Shown here: piece by piece, positions 8,645 to 18,556 of the stretch | How the letters are laid out: every line of letters starts with the position of its first letter | How positions within the stretch are numbered: the stretch's first letter is position 1 | Assembly (NCBI GenBank): GCA_902595805.1 | Contig: CACJRM010000001.1 | Coordinates: 99,806 to 163,805 of the forward strand | Direction of reading: 5' to 3' | Source of the DNA: an uncultured Alphaproteobacteria bacterium | GTDB taxonomy: Bacteria > Pseudomonadota > Alphaproteobacteria > HIMB59 > GCA-002718135 | Length of the DNA stretch: 64,000 nucleotides | Program-made: the position numbers and the translations under genes | Notes under the pieces: generated by a model | What the model was told of the DNA's origin: nothing | The model's input: the letters and a program-made list of their open reading frames with translations, nothing else | Databases searched by the model: none

Positions 8645-9648
8645 TGAATGAAAATAATCGCGTAATTTCTGGCTCTCTTTTTATATTGGCCAGTATCGCT
8701 GTTGCATTCATTTTAAATTTCTCTCAACCTATAATGGTTCCATTTGTTTTAGCACTTCTTTTAAGGATATTAATTGATCCAATAATTGATTTTCAGACTA
8801 TAAATCTTCGAGTACATAGATTTATAGCAGTTTTTATTAGTATCTGTTTAATTGTTCTTTTATTCTCAATTATAGTTCCTTTTATTGTTTCTTCTGTAGC
8901 TACATTCTTGGAGTCTGCAGATGACTATAATCAAAAAGTAATAATTTTGATTGAGGCAGTCATAATACAACTTCAACAATTTGAAATTGATATTGATAGA
9001 GAAACAATTAGAAATACAATTGCAGAGTTACCCATTACTAATTGGGCTGGTACTATATTAAGTAACAGTGCGAATTTTATTTCAAAGTTTCTCCTAGTTG
9101 TAATAATCACACTTTTTTTATTACTTGGCACTCCTCCTAAGAATACCTCTGATGAGTGGAACGACATTATTAGATTAGTAAAAAAATATATTTTTACAAA
9201 ATTTTTAACATCAGCTTTTACAGGTATTGCTGCAGGATTAATTTATTGGTTTTTAGGTTTAGAATTAGCCTTTATTTTTGGTAGCTTAACATTTATTTTA
9301 AATTTTATTCCAGTTATTGGTTCTGTAATTGCTGTTTTACTTCCACTACCAATTGCTTTCCTTCAATATAACGACCCAACACTAGTTGTATTAATAATAA
9401 TTTTGCCTACGATTATTCATCAAATAGTAGGAAATTTTGTAGAACCTAAAATATTTGGTGAGAGTTTTGGATTACATCCAATTACGATTATTTTATCCTT
9501 AATTTTCTGGGGAATGATTTGGGGGTTTATTGGAGTTCTTCTTGCAGCACCTTTAACTGCAATTATCAGAATTACATTTGAAAGATTTGAAACAACCAAA
9601 CAAATTGCAAGATTATTAGAAGGTAAGATTCATATTAAAGAAAATTAA
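8644..9648 (+). CDS. AI-2E family (PerM/UPF0118) transporter
   Basis: Polytopic membrane protein with the C-terminal motif GLHPITIILSLIFWGMIWGFIGVLLAAPLTA. Confidence 0.8.
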   Translation: MNENNRVISGSLFILASIAVAFILNFSQPIMVPFVLALLLRILIDPIIDFQTINLRVHRFIAVFISICLIVLLFSIIVPFIVSSVATFLESADDYNQKVIILIEAVIIQLQQFEIDIDRETIRNTIAELPITNWAGTILSNSANFISKFLLVVIITLFLLLGTPPKNTSDEWNDIIRLVKKYIFTKFLTSAFTGIAAGLIYWFLGLELAFIFGSLTFILNFIPVIGSVIAVLLPLPIAFLQYNDPTLVVLIIILPTIIHQIVGNFVEPKIFGESFGLHPITIILSLIFWGMIWGFIGVLLAAPLTAIIRITFERFETTKQIARLLEGKIHIKEN

Positions 9649-10130
9649 CTTAATATTTTTTTACATATATCATAACTAAATCCAGCTCTTGCCATTTTTG
9701 CTAATTTTTTTTCATAGCTTTCATTTTTTTCTAACAACTTCTTTTTCCTAGCAAATATTCTTGCTGACTCTAACTCCCAATTTTCATTATCTTGTTTCAT
9801 TAAGTTTAAATTATTTTGAATTTGAGATTTATTTACTCCTTTTTTTATCAAGTAATTGAAAATAAAATTCGTAGATTTTCCAGAATTTGATAAAGATAGA
9901 ATTTTTGTTGAACTATATCTATCGTCATCAATAAATTTATTTTTTTCTAATTTTAAAACTATACTTTCAATAATATCTATAAGTTTTTTTTTCTCAAAAT
10001 TTGTTACATTTAATCTTAAGATTTTTCTTTTAAGTACATTGACTAAATTATTCTTTGAGGAATCGTATTTACTTAAGTAATCAACTGCGTATTTTAAGAG
10101 TTTTTTTTCGTCCACTAAATTAATATACAA
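9645..10130 (-). CDS. recX: RecX-like regulatory protein
   Basis: Size and the repeated three-helix pattern (YAVDYLSKY..; NYLIKKGV..; KMARAGFSYD) are typical of RecX. Sequence conservation is weak. Confidence 0.6.
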   Translation of the reverse strand: MYINLVDEKKLLKYAVDYLSKYDSSKNNLVNVLKRKILRLNVTNFEKKKLIDIIESIVLKLEKNKFIDDDRYSSTKILSLSNSGKSTNFIFNYLIKKGVNKSQIQNNLNLMKQDNENWELESARIFARKKKLLEKNESYEKKLAKMARAGFSYDICKKILS

Positions 10131-10163
10131 ATAATTTAAATATATTAAAAGAAAACTCCTAAT

Positions 10164-10934
10164 ATGATTTACTATAATTATCTTTGTTTTCTTACATTAG
10201 TAAAAAAAGAAGTGTTTAGGTTCTTAAAAGTTGGAATACAAACTGTGATTGGACCAGCCATTAGTTCTTTATTATTTCTAGCTGTTTTTAGTCTAGCTCT
10301 TGGTAGATCTGTGAATTCTATAAATGGTATTGATCTTCCTTATTTTATTGCACCTGGTTTAATAATGATGACTATGCTTCAAAACTCTTTTGCCAATTCT
10401 GCATCAAGTATTGGTCAATCAAAATTTCAAGGTAATATTGTAGACATATTAATGGCCCCATTAAACAATGTTGAATTAGCATTCGGATTTATAATTGGTT
10501 CAGTTTGCAGGGGTGTTGTGTGCGGTATAGTAACAACTTTAGGAGTTATGATATTTGTACCTCTTCAGGTTCATTCTTATACGGCACTATTATTTTTCAC
10601 ATTAATGGGATGCATAATGATGGGAACTTTGGGTACAATTGTTGGCATTTGGGCGGACAAATGGGATCAACAACAAGGTATAACTAACTTTATTGTTTTA
10701 CCTCTTACTTTTTTATCAGGAACATTCTATTCAATTTCAAGACTTCCTGATTTTTGGCAGACAGTTTCCTCATTTAATCCATTCTTTTACAATATTGATG
10801 GCTTCAGATATGCTTTTACGGGTATTTCTGATAGCTCTTTAATTCATGGCTCAATATTCTTAATAATTATTAATATTATATTAATTTTAATATGCTATTT
10901 TATGTTCCTCAAAGGATATAAAATTAAATTTTAA
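10164..10934 (+). CDS. ABC-2 type transporter permease (YadH-like)
   Basis: Six-TM ABC-2 permease pattern. No ATPase gene is adjacent. Confidence 0.75.
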   Translation: MIYYNYLCFLTLVKKEVFRFLKVGIQTVIGPAISSLLFLAVFSLALGRSVNSINGIDLPYFIAPGLIMMTMLQNSFANSASSIGQSKFQGNIVDILMAPLNNVELAFGFIIGSVCRGVVCGIVTTLGVMIFVPLQVHSYTALLFFTLMGCIMMGTLGTIVGIWADKWDQQQGITNFIVLPLTFLSGTFYSISRLPDFWQTVSSFNPFFYNIDGFRYAFTGISDSSLIHGSIFLIIINIILILICYFMFLKGYKIKF

Positions 10935-10936
10935 AT

Positions 10937-12115
10937 ATGGTTAACAAACCCTTATCAAATGTTATGCCAACTTATGGCAATAAAACTCTTGAATTTGTCA
11001 AAGGAAAAGGATGTTATTTATACACTAGTCAAAACAAAAAATATTTAGATTTTGCAAGTGGAATAGCTGTAAACTCTCTTGGTCATTGCCATCCAAAACT
11101 AATAGAGGCACTGAATAAGCAATCGAAACAACTCTGGCATGTTTCAAACTTATATAAAATAAAAAAACAAGAACAATTTGCAAAATTACTTTGTAAAAAT
11201 TCTTTTGCAGACAAAGTATTTTTTACTAATTCTGGAACTGAGTCTATTGAATGTGGAATTAAAATAATCAGAGCATATCATTCATATCACAAGACAAAAA
11301 AAACAGAGATTATTACTTTTGATGGTGCCTTTCATGGAAGAACTTACGGTGCACTTTCAGCACAAAAAAATAAAAAATACTCTAATGGCTTTGGCCCTAT
11401 GCTTAGAGGCTTTAAACAAATTGAATTTAATAATAAAAAAAAATTAATATCTGCAGTAAATAAAAAAACAGCCGGTATTATTATTGAACCAATTCAAGGA
11501 GAAGGTGGTATTCGTCCTGCTAATCTAAGTTTTTTAAAACTATTAAGAGACATCTGTAATGAAAACAAAATTTTACTTTTTTTTGATGAAGTTCAATGCG
11601 GCTTTGGGAGATCTGGTAAATTATTCTCTCATGAATGGGCAAAAATAAAACCTGATATCATGTCTGTTGCAAAAGGTATAGGATCTGGTTTTCCACTTGG
11701 AGCTTGTATGTCAACAAACAATGCATGTATTGCAATGACTAAGGGTAGTCATGGATCAACCTATGGTGGTAATCCGTTAGCTATGAGTGTAGGTTTAGAA
11801 GTTTTAAAAGTTGTCTCTAATAAAACATTTCTTTCAAAGATTGATAAAAAAGCTAGATATTTTTGGAAAAATTTAAAAGAATTGGAGAATACATCTAATA
11901 TTATTTCAGAGGTTAGGGGTGCAGGACTTTTATTGGGTATCAAAACAAATATTAGCAATATAGATTTTGCTGAACAACTAAAAAAAAATAAATTACTAAA
12001 TGTACCTGCTGCAGATAATACAGTAAGATTAGCACCACCACTTATTGTATCTTATAAAGAGATTGATAAATCAATTTCAATAATTAAAAAGACTTTAATA
12101 GAACTGTCAAGATGA
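10937..12115 (+). CDS. argD: acetylornithine aminotransferase
   Basis: Class-III aminotransferase with the motifs FTNSGTES, DEVQCGFGRSGK and SVAKGIG (PLP lysine). It is adjacent to argF. Confidence 0.9.
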   Translation: MVNKPLSNVMPTYGNKTLEFVKGKGCYLYTSQNKKYLDFASGIAVNSLGHCHPKLIEALNKQSKQLWHVSNLYKIKKQEQFAKLLCKNSFADKVFFTNSGTESIECGIKIIRAYHSYHKTKKTEIITFDGAFHGRTYGALSAQKNKKYSNGFGPMLRGFKQIEFNNKKKLISAVNKKTAGIIIEPIQGEGGIRPANLSFLKLLRDICNENKILLFFDEVQCGFGRSGKLFSHEWAKIKPDIMSVAKGIGSGFPLGACMSTNNACIAMTKGSHGSTYGGNPLAMSVGLEVLKVVSNKTFLSKIDKKARYFWKNLKELENTSNIISEVRGAGLLLGIKTNISNIDFAEQLKKNKLLNVPAADNTVRLAPPLIVSYKEIDKSISIIKKTLIELSR

Positions 12116-13005
12116 AACATTTTATTGATATAAATAATTTGAAAAAAAAAGAAATTGATGAGATAATTTCACTTGCTAAAAAAATTAAAAAAAACCCAAA
12201 AAAATACTCTTCATCTTGTAATGATAAAACTCTCGGTTTAATTTTTGAAAAACAATCACTAAGAACTAGATTAAGCTTTAGTGTAGGAATGCAAAAATTA
12301 GGGGGTTTTGTTTTAGAACTGCAAAGTAAAGATATTGGTTTTGATAATAAAAGAGAAAAAGCAGAAGATGTTCTAAATGTATTAAGTCAATATATTGATT
12401 GTTTGATGATAAGAAATAATAATCACAAACAAATAGTAAATTTAAGCAAACAAAATATTCTTCCAATAATAAATGGCTTAACCGAATATAGTCATCCGTG
12501 TCAAATACTTGGAGATTTTTTAACACTTCAAGAGAAGTTTAAAAATTATAAAAATGTAAGTATTGCTTGGATAGGTGATTATAATAATGTTTTGCGTTCA
12601 CTTATTCATTTGCAAAATATTTATAATTTTAAACTTAATGTTATTATTCCCAATCAAATTTTTAAAAATTATAAAAATGAATTTCTAAAATGTAAGAATA
12701 AAAATATGAAATACTTTGATGATCCTTTTGAAGGTGTAAAAAAATCAAATTGCATAATGACTGATGTCTGGGTATCAATGGGTGAAAAAAATAATAAATC
12801 TAAATATTTTAAAAATTTTACTGTGAATAAGAAAATTCTGACTAATGCATCAAATAATGCAATATTTATGCATTGTTTACCAGCAAAAAGAGGGAAAGAA
12901 GTAACTTCAGATGTTCTTGATGGTAAAAATTCTGTTGTATTACAACAAGCAAAAAATAGAATGTATATTCAACAAGCGATATTGATTTATGTACTTAAAA
13001 AATAG
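12112..13005 (+). CDS. argF: ornithine carbamoyltransferase
   Basis: SLRTR, HPCQILGD and HCLPA motifs, with a 4-nt overlap with argD. Confidence 0.9.
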   Translation: MKHFIDINNLKKKEIDEIISLAKKIKKNPKKYSSSCNDKTLGLIFEKQSLRTRLSFSVGMQKLGGFVLELQSKDIGFDNKREKAEDVLNVLSQYIDCLMIRNNNHKQIVNLSKQNILPIINGLTEYSHPCQILGDFLTLQEKFKNYKNVSIAWIGDYNNVLRSLIHLQNIYNFKLNVIIPNQIFKNYKNEFLKCKNKNMKYFDDPFEGVKKSNCIMTDVWVSMGEKNNKSKYFKNFTVNKKILTNASNNAIFMHCLPAKRGKEVTSDVLDGKNSVVLQQAKNRMYIQQAILIYVLKK

Positions 13006-13561
13006 TTTTATTTTAATTTATTTTATCATTCTATCTTGTCAGCCAGTTGAGATATTAAAACCAGTTGAAATTGATACGGCTAGGTTTGAAAAAATATCAA
13101 TAAATGCAGAAAAAATTGAAGTTAATAAAAAATACAATTCAGTATTTTCCAAATCTAATATTGAAGATCAAATACAAAAATCTCCAGTTAATTTAATGGC
13201 TGAGTGGACTAGTCAAAACATTCTCAAACTTGGAAATGAAAATATGTTAGTTGTAAACATTTTAGATGCATCTATTAAAAAAACTGAAATAATGAATCTT
13301 GATGCTAAAAAATATGAGGAAAGAACTATATTTAATTATGAAGTATTTTATTTAGTTGAATACGAACTTTATGATAGTAGTAGTTTTTTGATAGCTAACA
13401 CAACAGTACAGTCTTCAAGATCTACAACTTCTCAAAAATATATTTCTTTGAATGAAACTGAAATAATTATTAATGATTTATTAATTTTAGCAATGAAAGA
13501 TTTTATAAATGAAGCGAAAAACCAGCTATCAATTTATATGGGAGATTATCTAAGTTTTTAA
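12989..13561 (+). CDS. hypothetical lipoprotein
   Basis: Lipobox IILSC at the N-terminus. I recognise no family. Confidence 0.5.
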   Translation: MYLKNSFILIYFIILSCQPVEILKPVEIDTARFEKISINAEKIEVNKKYNSVFSKSNIEDQIQKSPVNLMAEWTSQNILKLGNENMLVVNILDASIKKTEIMNLDAKKYEERTIFNYEVFYLVEYELYDSSSFLIANTTVQSSRSTTSQKYISLNETEIIINDLLILAMKDFINEAKNQLSIYMGDYLSF

Positions 13562-15006
13562 CTTCTCCAAAAATTCATAGATAATAAAACTAATACAGTA
13601 AAAATTTCTAATCTCCCAATAATCATAGTAATTGATAATATCCATTTTGCCCCATCATCTAATAAAAAATAATTTCCACTTGGTCCAATTATTTCACCCA
13701 AGCCGGGACCAACATTTGATATAGCAGAAGCTGCTGCTGAAAAGGCAGTTAGAAAATCTAAATTGAATAAGCTTAAACTTACTGCTGATAAAATAAATAA
13801 AAATATATACATAAAGAAAAAGCCCATTATTGAGTTATAAGTATTTTCATTAACTGTTTTGCCATTAAATCGCATTACTAAGACAGCATGAGGCTGAGTT
13901 AACTTTCTAATTTGTGTAATCGCTCCTCTAAACAAAATTTGTAATCTAAAGATTTTAATTCCACCAGTAGTAGATCCTGCACATCCACCAACAAACATAA
14001 TAATCATCATTATTACAATGCCAAAACTTCCCCAATTGGAAAAGTTACTACTGCTATATCCAGTCCCAGTTAATATTGATGTAATATTGAATAAAGCAAT
14101 TCTAAAAGCTGAAAATGCATCTATTGATTGATTAGTTGTTAGCCAAATTGTTGTTAACAAAATAATTATAAACAAAATGAGAAAGAATAATTTTATTTGA
14201 TCATCTTTAAAAATTAATTTTTTTTGATTGTGCAGAAATTGCAAATATAAGACAAATGGCAAACTGCCAACTAACATAAAAATAATGCTTATAATCTCAA
14301 TTTGAAATGAATTAAAATAAAAAAAAGAATCATTATAATTTGAAAATCCACCAGTTGAAATCGTAGTCATTGCATGAATGATTGAATCAAAACCCTTCAT
14401 TCCATTTACAAAATACAAAAAAGCGCAAATAATTGATAAAGATACGTAAAGTAAAAATAATTCAATTACAAATCGATTAACTTTAGGAATTGTTTTTTCA
14501 TAAGGATCATCATGTTCCATGTGAAGCAGCTGCATTCCACCAATTTGTAAGGTTGGTAATATAGCCATTGCGAGAACGATAATTCCTATTCCTCCAAACC
14601 ATTGGAGTAGAGATCTCCAAATTAATATACCCTCTGATAAGTTTTCTAAATTATTAATAACAGTTGCGCCAGTTGTAGTAATTCCACTTACAGATTCAAA
14701 AAAAGCATCTGTATATGAAAGTGAGGATGACGAGTATACAAATGGAATTGCACCAAAAAGTGATATTACTAACCAAGATGAAATTGTTAATAAAAATGCC
14801 TGCCTAATTCCAAGCTTAATATTTTTTTTTCTAAATGAAAAATATAGAATTATTCCTATAAAAAATGTGATTAGACTAGAATAAAAAAATTGTAACCATT
14901 CATAATTTCCGTAATAAAGATCAAAACACATTGGTATTAGCATTGCCAATGCTTCAATACATATTAGTAAACCGATTATGTTTAATATCGACCTGAAGTC
15001 TCTCAT
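13558..15006 (-). CDS. trkH: potassium uptake protein TrkH
   Basis: Polytopic membrane protein with repeated TTGF/TGTG-type selectivity motifs (SGITTTGATV, STGGFSN, TGTGYSS, GSTTGGIK). Confidence 0.9.
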   Translation of the reverse strand: MRDFRSILNIIGLLICIEALAMLIPMCFDLYYGNYEWLQFFYSSLITFFIGIILYFSFRKKNIKLGIRQAFLLTISSWLVISLFGAIPFVYSSSSLSYTDAFFESVSGITTTGATVINNLENLSEGILIWRSLLQWFGGIGIIVLAMAILPTLQIGGMQLLHMEHDDPYEKTIPKVNRFVIELFLLYVSLSIICAFLYFVNGMKGFDSIIHAMTTISTGGFSNYNDSFFYFNSFQIEIISIIFMLVGSLPFVLYLQFLHNQKKLIFKDDQIKLFFLILFIIILLTTIWLTTNQSIDAFSAFRIALFNITSILTGTGYSSSNFSNWGSFGIVIMMIIMFVGGCAGSTTGGIKIFRLQILFRGAITQIRKLTQPHAVLVMRFNGKTVNENTYNSIMGFFFMYIFLFILSAVSLSLFNLDFLTAFSAAASAISNVGPGLGEIIGPSGNYFLLDDGAKWILSITMIIGRLEIFTVLVLLSMNFWRS

Positions 15007-15019
15007 TCTTGTTTATAAA

Positions 15020-15412
15020 TTAATTTAATTCGTTATTTTCAAATGGTGTATCTAATGAGAACTGAGGAATTTGAACATCAAAAGTATTACCATTATCACT
15101 TTGCATCTCGTAAGTTCCTTCCATAAAACCGGATGAAGTAGTTAAGGGTGTTCCACTTGTATATTCAAATTTTTCACCTGGATTTAGTATAGGCTGTTCA
15201 CCTACAACACCTTTTCCACGCACTTCTTGTAATGTGCCATTAGCATCAATAATTTTCCAGTGTCTGTTTACAAGTTGAACTTTTTCGTTACCTTGATTAT
15301 CAATTGTTACTTTATATGCCCATACATAATGCTGATCTTCTGGCTCAGATTGGTCTTCAAGATAATAAGGTTTTACAGTAATATTTATTTGTTTTGTTGT
15401 TTTAGAATACAT
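15020..15412 (-). CDS. apaG: ApaG (DUF525) protein
   Basis: YVWAYKVTIDNQG..HWKIIDANG..GVVGEQPIL.PGE.FEYTSG pattern. Confidence 0.9.
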   Translation of the reverse strand: MYSKTTKQINITVKPYYLEDQSEPEDQHYVWAYKVTIDNQGNEKVQLVNRHWKIIDANGTLQEVRGKGVVGEQPILNPGEKFEYTSGTPLTTSSGFMEGTYEMQSDNGNTFDVQIPQFSLDTPFENNELN

Positions 15413-15452
15413 TGAAAAAAGCTCAATATACCAAAATATTTATAAACAAAAG

Positions 15453-16370
15453 TTAATTTGTTTTTTTTATTTCCACTCTTCTATTTGCGGGCTGTTTAGT
15501 GTCATCTGGAGTATCTACAGCTAAAGATTCCTCCCCTTTACCTAATATTTTAATATTACTTTGTTTTATTCCATTATTAATTAAAATTTCTTTTACAACC
15601 TCAGCTCTTTTAATTGATAATGATAAGTTATATTTATTTGTTCCTTTGGTATCAGTATGTCCAACGACAAGATACTCATTAATAATGCCTCCATAATTAT
15701 TTAAAAATTTTTTTATTTTATCTTTACTTACTTCAGATAAATTAAATTGATCAAAATCAAAATATATTATCTGCATTAATTCTTTATTTTCATTTTTGGT
15801 TACAATTGTTACTTCATCTTTAGTTTCATCTTCTGAATTATTATTTTTTTTATTAACAGTTTCCTGCTCATCTTCCTCAGAAGATATTTTTTCATAAATA
15901 CTATGCATGGCATTTAAAAAATCATTCTTGCAACTATTAATATCCCATGTTTGCCAATTTTCCTCCTGTTGCTCTGACCAGCAATCTAATGACGAAATAG
16001 CTCTTGCTAAATTAAAAGGATCAATATTTTTAGCATCTTTATAAATTGTCATAAGGTTGTCATATGCAATTTTTATTTCATTAATATTTTCTTCTGGAAT
16101 TTTCCAATATGAAATTTCTTCTGGATATATTTCATCAGTTTCTAAACTCTTGAGAGCTTTTTCAGAATATAACTTCGCAGAATTCCAATCATGCATTTCT
16201 TCTGCCTCGAAACTAGCTCTTTTTTTGTATTCAGATAGTAAGTGTTCTTGAAAATTTTTTGGTTCTTTATTTTCCATTGTAGATAGTTGTTTATAACTAG
16301 CTGAACAACCGCCTAAAAAAATTATTAAACAGATAATAGGTAGTAGTAATTTAAGTTTCATAGAGTACAA
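15453..16370 (-). CDS. OmpA-domain lipoprotein
   Basis: Lipobox FLGGC and a C-terminal OmpA-like domain (GHTDTKGTNKYNLSLSIKRAEVV..NRRVEI). Confidence 0.8.
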   Translation of the reverse strand: MYSMKLKLLLPIICLIIFLGGCSASYKQLSTMENKEPKNFQEHLLSEYKKRASFEAEEMHDWNSAKLYSEKALKSLETDEIYPEEISYWKIPEENINEIKIAYDNLMTIYKDAKNIDPFNLARAISSLDCWSEQQEENWQTWDINSCKNDFLNAMHSIYEKISSEEDEQETVNKKNNNSEDETKDEVTIVTKNENKELMQIIYFDFDQFNLSEVSKDKIKKFLNNYGGIINEYLVVGHTDTKGTNKYNLSLSIKRAEVVKEILINNGIKQSNIKILGKGEESLAVDTPDDTKQPANRRVEIKKTN

Positions 16371-16407
16371 ATATCAAAACTTGCTGTCAAAACTAAGACG
16401 AAAATTT

Positions 16408-16422
16408 GACCTAATTAAGGTC
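16408..16422. promoter_or_regulatory. inverted repeat GACCT-AATTA-AGGTC in a divergent promoter region (candidate operator)
   Basis: Seen directly. It lies between the divergent OmpA-like and GcvT-like genes, so it is not placed to terminate either one. Confidence 0.25.
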
Positions 16423-16512
16423 CACCATTTTTTTTACATCACATACATTTTATCATTGCAGAGTATTTAAAGATTAAATACAGAAATAGCATATTTATTT
16501 AAGGAGTTTATA

Positions 16513-17844
16513 ATGATTAAACATTCTACGTCGGTGGATCAATCGGACAGAAAGGTTCCCTACAATTTAAGACAAAGTGGTCCTACACCAGTCCAAATGC
16601 TTATTTCAACAAGAGTGAGAAAATCACCTTATTGGCATTTGTCAATGGAGGCGGGATGTTGGAGAGCAACAGTTTATAATAGAATTTATCATCCAAGAGG
16701 TTACGTAAAACCAGAAGATGGTGGAGCAATGGTTGAGTATGAGGCAATTAAAAACCATGTTACTATGTGGAATGTTGCAGTTGAAAGACAAATTCAAGTT
16801 AAAGGTCCTGATGCTGAGGCATTTGTTGATTATGTTATAACTAGAGATGCTACTAAAATATCTCCAATGAGAGGAAGATATGTAATTCTTTGTAATCAAT
16901 ATGGTGGTGTTTTAAACGATCCTATTCTTCTAAGAATTTCAAAGGATGAGTTCTGGTTTTCATTATCTGACTCCGATATTGGTTTGTATTTACAGGGCGT
17001 AAATCATGATAATAGATTCAATGTTAATATTGATGAAATTGATGTAAGCCCAGTTCAAATTCAGGGTCCAAAAGCTCACGCTTTGATGAATGATTTAATA
17101 GGTGACCAAGTTAAAGTTGAAGAAATGCCATTTTATGGACTTGCTTCTGCGAAAGTAGGTGGAAGAGATTGTATTATTTCTCAAACAGGTTTCTCTGGAG
17201 AAGCAGGATTTGAAATATATTTGTATGACTCTACAAAATATGCAGATGATATGTGGAATGCTGTTTTAGAGGCAGGAAAAAAACATAATCTTATGGTTAT
17301 AGCTCCGGCTCATCACCGTAGAATTCAAGCAGGAATTCTATCTTGGGGTCAAGATATGGATAATCAGCATAATCCTTTTCAATGTAATTTAGGCTATCAA
17401 GTATCCTTATCTGGTAAAGGTGAGTGGAATAAAACTTCTGATTATGTTGGAAAAACTGTTCTTGAAAAGATGAAGGCTGATTTAAAAGATGGAAAAAAAC
17501 CATACAAGCTTCAGTTAGTTGGATTAAGCTTAGGTGGAAAACCTATCGAAGAATATGCTCCTGATTTTTGGCTTGTTTCAGAAGATGGCAATGAACCTTG
17601 TGGATTTATAACATCTCCTTGGTATCATCCTGAGCAAGGAAGAAACATTGCTATGGGCTATGTACCATTTGATGGAACTCTAAATAAAAATGGTTTTCCT
17701 ATTGGAAATTATGGTCGTAAATTCAAGGTTCATCTACCTGATCAATATGCAGACTCACCTGGTGTACCAGTAGATGCAGAAGTTGTGCCAATTCCTTTTA
17801 CTGAATCACACAACGCTAATACTAGAGAAGTAGTAGATAAATAA
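16513..17844 (+). CDS. GcvT-family, DmdA-like tetrahydrofolate-dependent aminomethyltransferase/demethylase (443 aa)
   Basis: GcvT fold signatures: VAVERQIQVKGPDA, GGVLNDPILLR, VQIQGPKA, QTGFSGEAGFEIY. It is about 70-80 aa longer than canonical GcvT. The substrate cannot be read from the sequence. Confidence 0.8.
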   Translation: MIKHSTSVDQSDRKVPYNLRQSGPTPVQMLISTRVRKSPYWHLSMEAGCWRATVYNRIYHPRGYVKPEDGGAMVEYEAIKNHVTMWNVAVERQIQVKGPDAEAFVDYVITRDATKISPMRGRYVILCNQYGGVLNDPILLRISKDEFWFSLSDSDIGLYLQGVNHDNRFNVNIDEIDVSPVQIQGPKAHALMNDLIGDQVKVEEMPFYGLASAKVGGRDCIISQTGFSGEAGFEIYLYDSTKYADDMWNAVLEAGKKHNLMVIAPAHHRRIQAGILSWGQDMDNQHNPFQCNLGYQVSLSGKGEWNKTSDYVGKTVLEKMKADLKDGKKPYKLQLVGLSLGGKPIEEYAPDFWLVSEDGNEPCGFITSPWYHPEQGRNIAMGYVPFDGTLNKNGFPIGNYGRKFKVHLPDQYADSPGVPVDAEVVPIPFTESHNANTREVVDK

Positions 17845-17853
17845 ATATTTTAA

Positions 17854-17880
17854 GAGGCTCTATTTAATTAATAGAGCTTC
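17854..17880. terminator. bidirectional hairpin between convergent genes
   Basis: GCTCTATT(17857-17864)-TAATT-AATAGAGC(17870-17877), extendable by 3 bp, with a T-rich tail. Confidence 0.6.
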
Positions 17881-17881
17881 T

Positions 17882-18502
17882 TTATTTTAATAAAGCTTTT
17901 ATTCTATCAATAGAGATATAACCAACAACAAGTTCTTCATTAACAAAAAAAGTAGGAGTTCCACGTGCACCTGATCCATTAGCTAAAAAAGAACTAAGTC
18001 TAACAACGTTATTAACTTCATCTTTTGTCATATCGATATTTAATTTAGCATCATTCAACTCAAGGTTTTCAATTATTTGTTTTAGTTTTGCATTATTTAA
18101 ATTTCCCTCAACTTCAAATAATGCATTATGAAAATCAATACCCTTGTTCTGCATATTGGCAGCCACTACCATATTTGCTAGTAATTTAGATGACTCACTT
18201 AAAATTGGATGTTGCAGGAAAACTATCCTTGTATCCTCTCTTTCGTTTGCAATTTGAAGTAATTCAGGATGGACTTTTTTACAGTATCCGCAAAAATAAT
18301 CCATGAATTCAATAATAGTATTTTTCGCATTTTCATCACCAATTTGCACAATTCCTTCCTCAGGAATAACATCTAATATTTTTAAATGAAAAGGCTTTGA
18401 CTCATCAAAAAATAATTCTTTAAGAGTCATTTCAGCCTTTACAGGAAGACAAATAAACGCACTCATTATAACCACCAAAATTATTTTTTTGAAGTATCTC
18501 AT
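17882..18502 (-). CDS. DsbA-family thiol:disulfide oxidoreductase
   Basis: Signal peptide, CGYC active site and the GTPTFFV cis-Pro loop region. Confidence 0.8.
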   Translation of the reverse strand: MRYFKKIILVVIMSAFICLPVKAEMTLKELFFDESKPFHLKILDVIPEEGIVQIGDENAKNTIIEFMDYFCGYCKKVHPELLQIANEREDTRIVFLQHPILSESSKLLANMVVAANMQNKGIDFHNALFEVEGNLNNAKLKQIIENLELNDAKLNIDMTKDEVNNVVRLSSFLANGSGARGTPTFFVNEELVVGYISIDRIKALLK

Positions 18503-18556
18503 GATTGACCCACCTTATTTAATATGATTAATGAAGTACAGTATTAAATAGTAATA

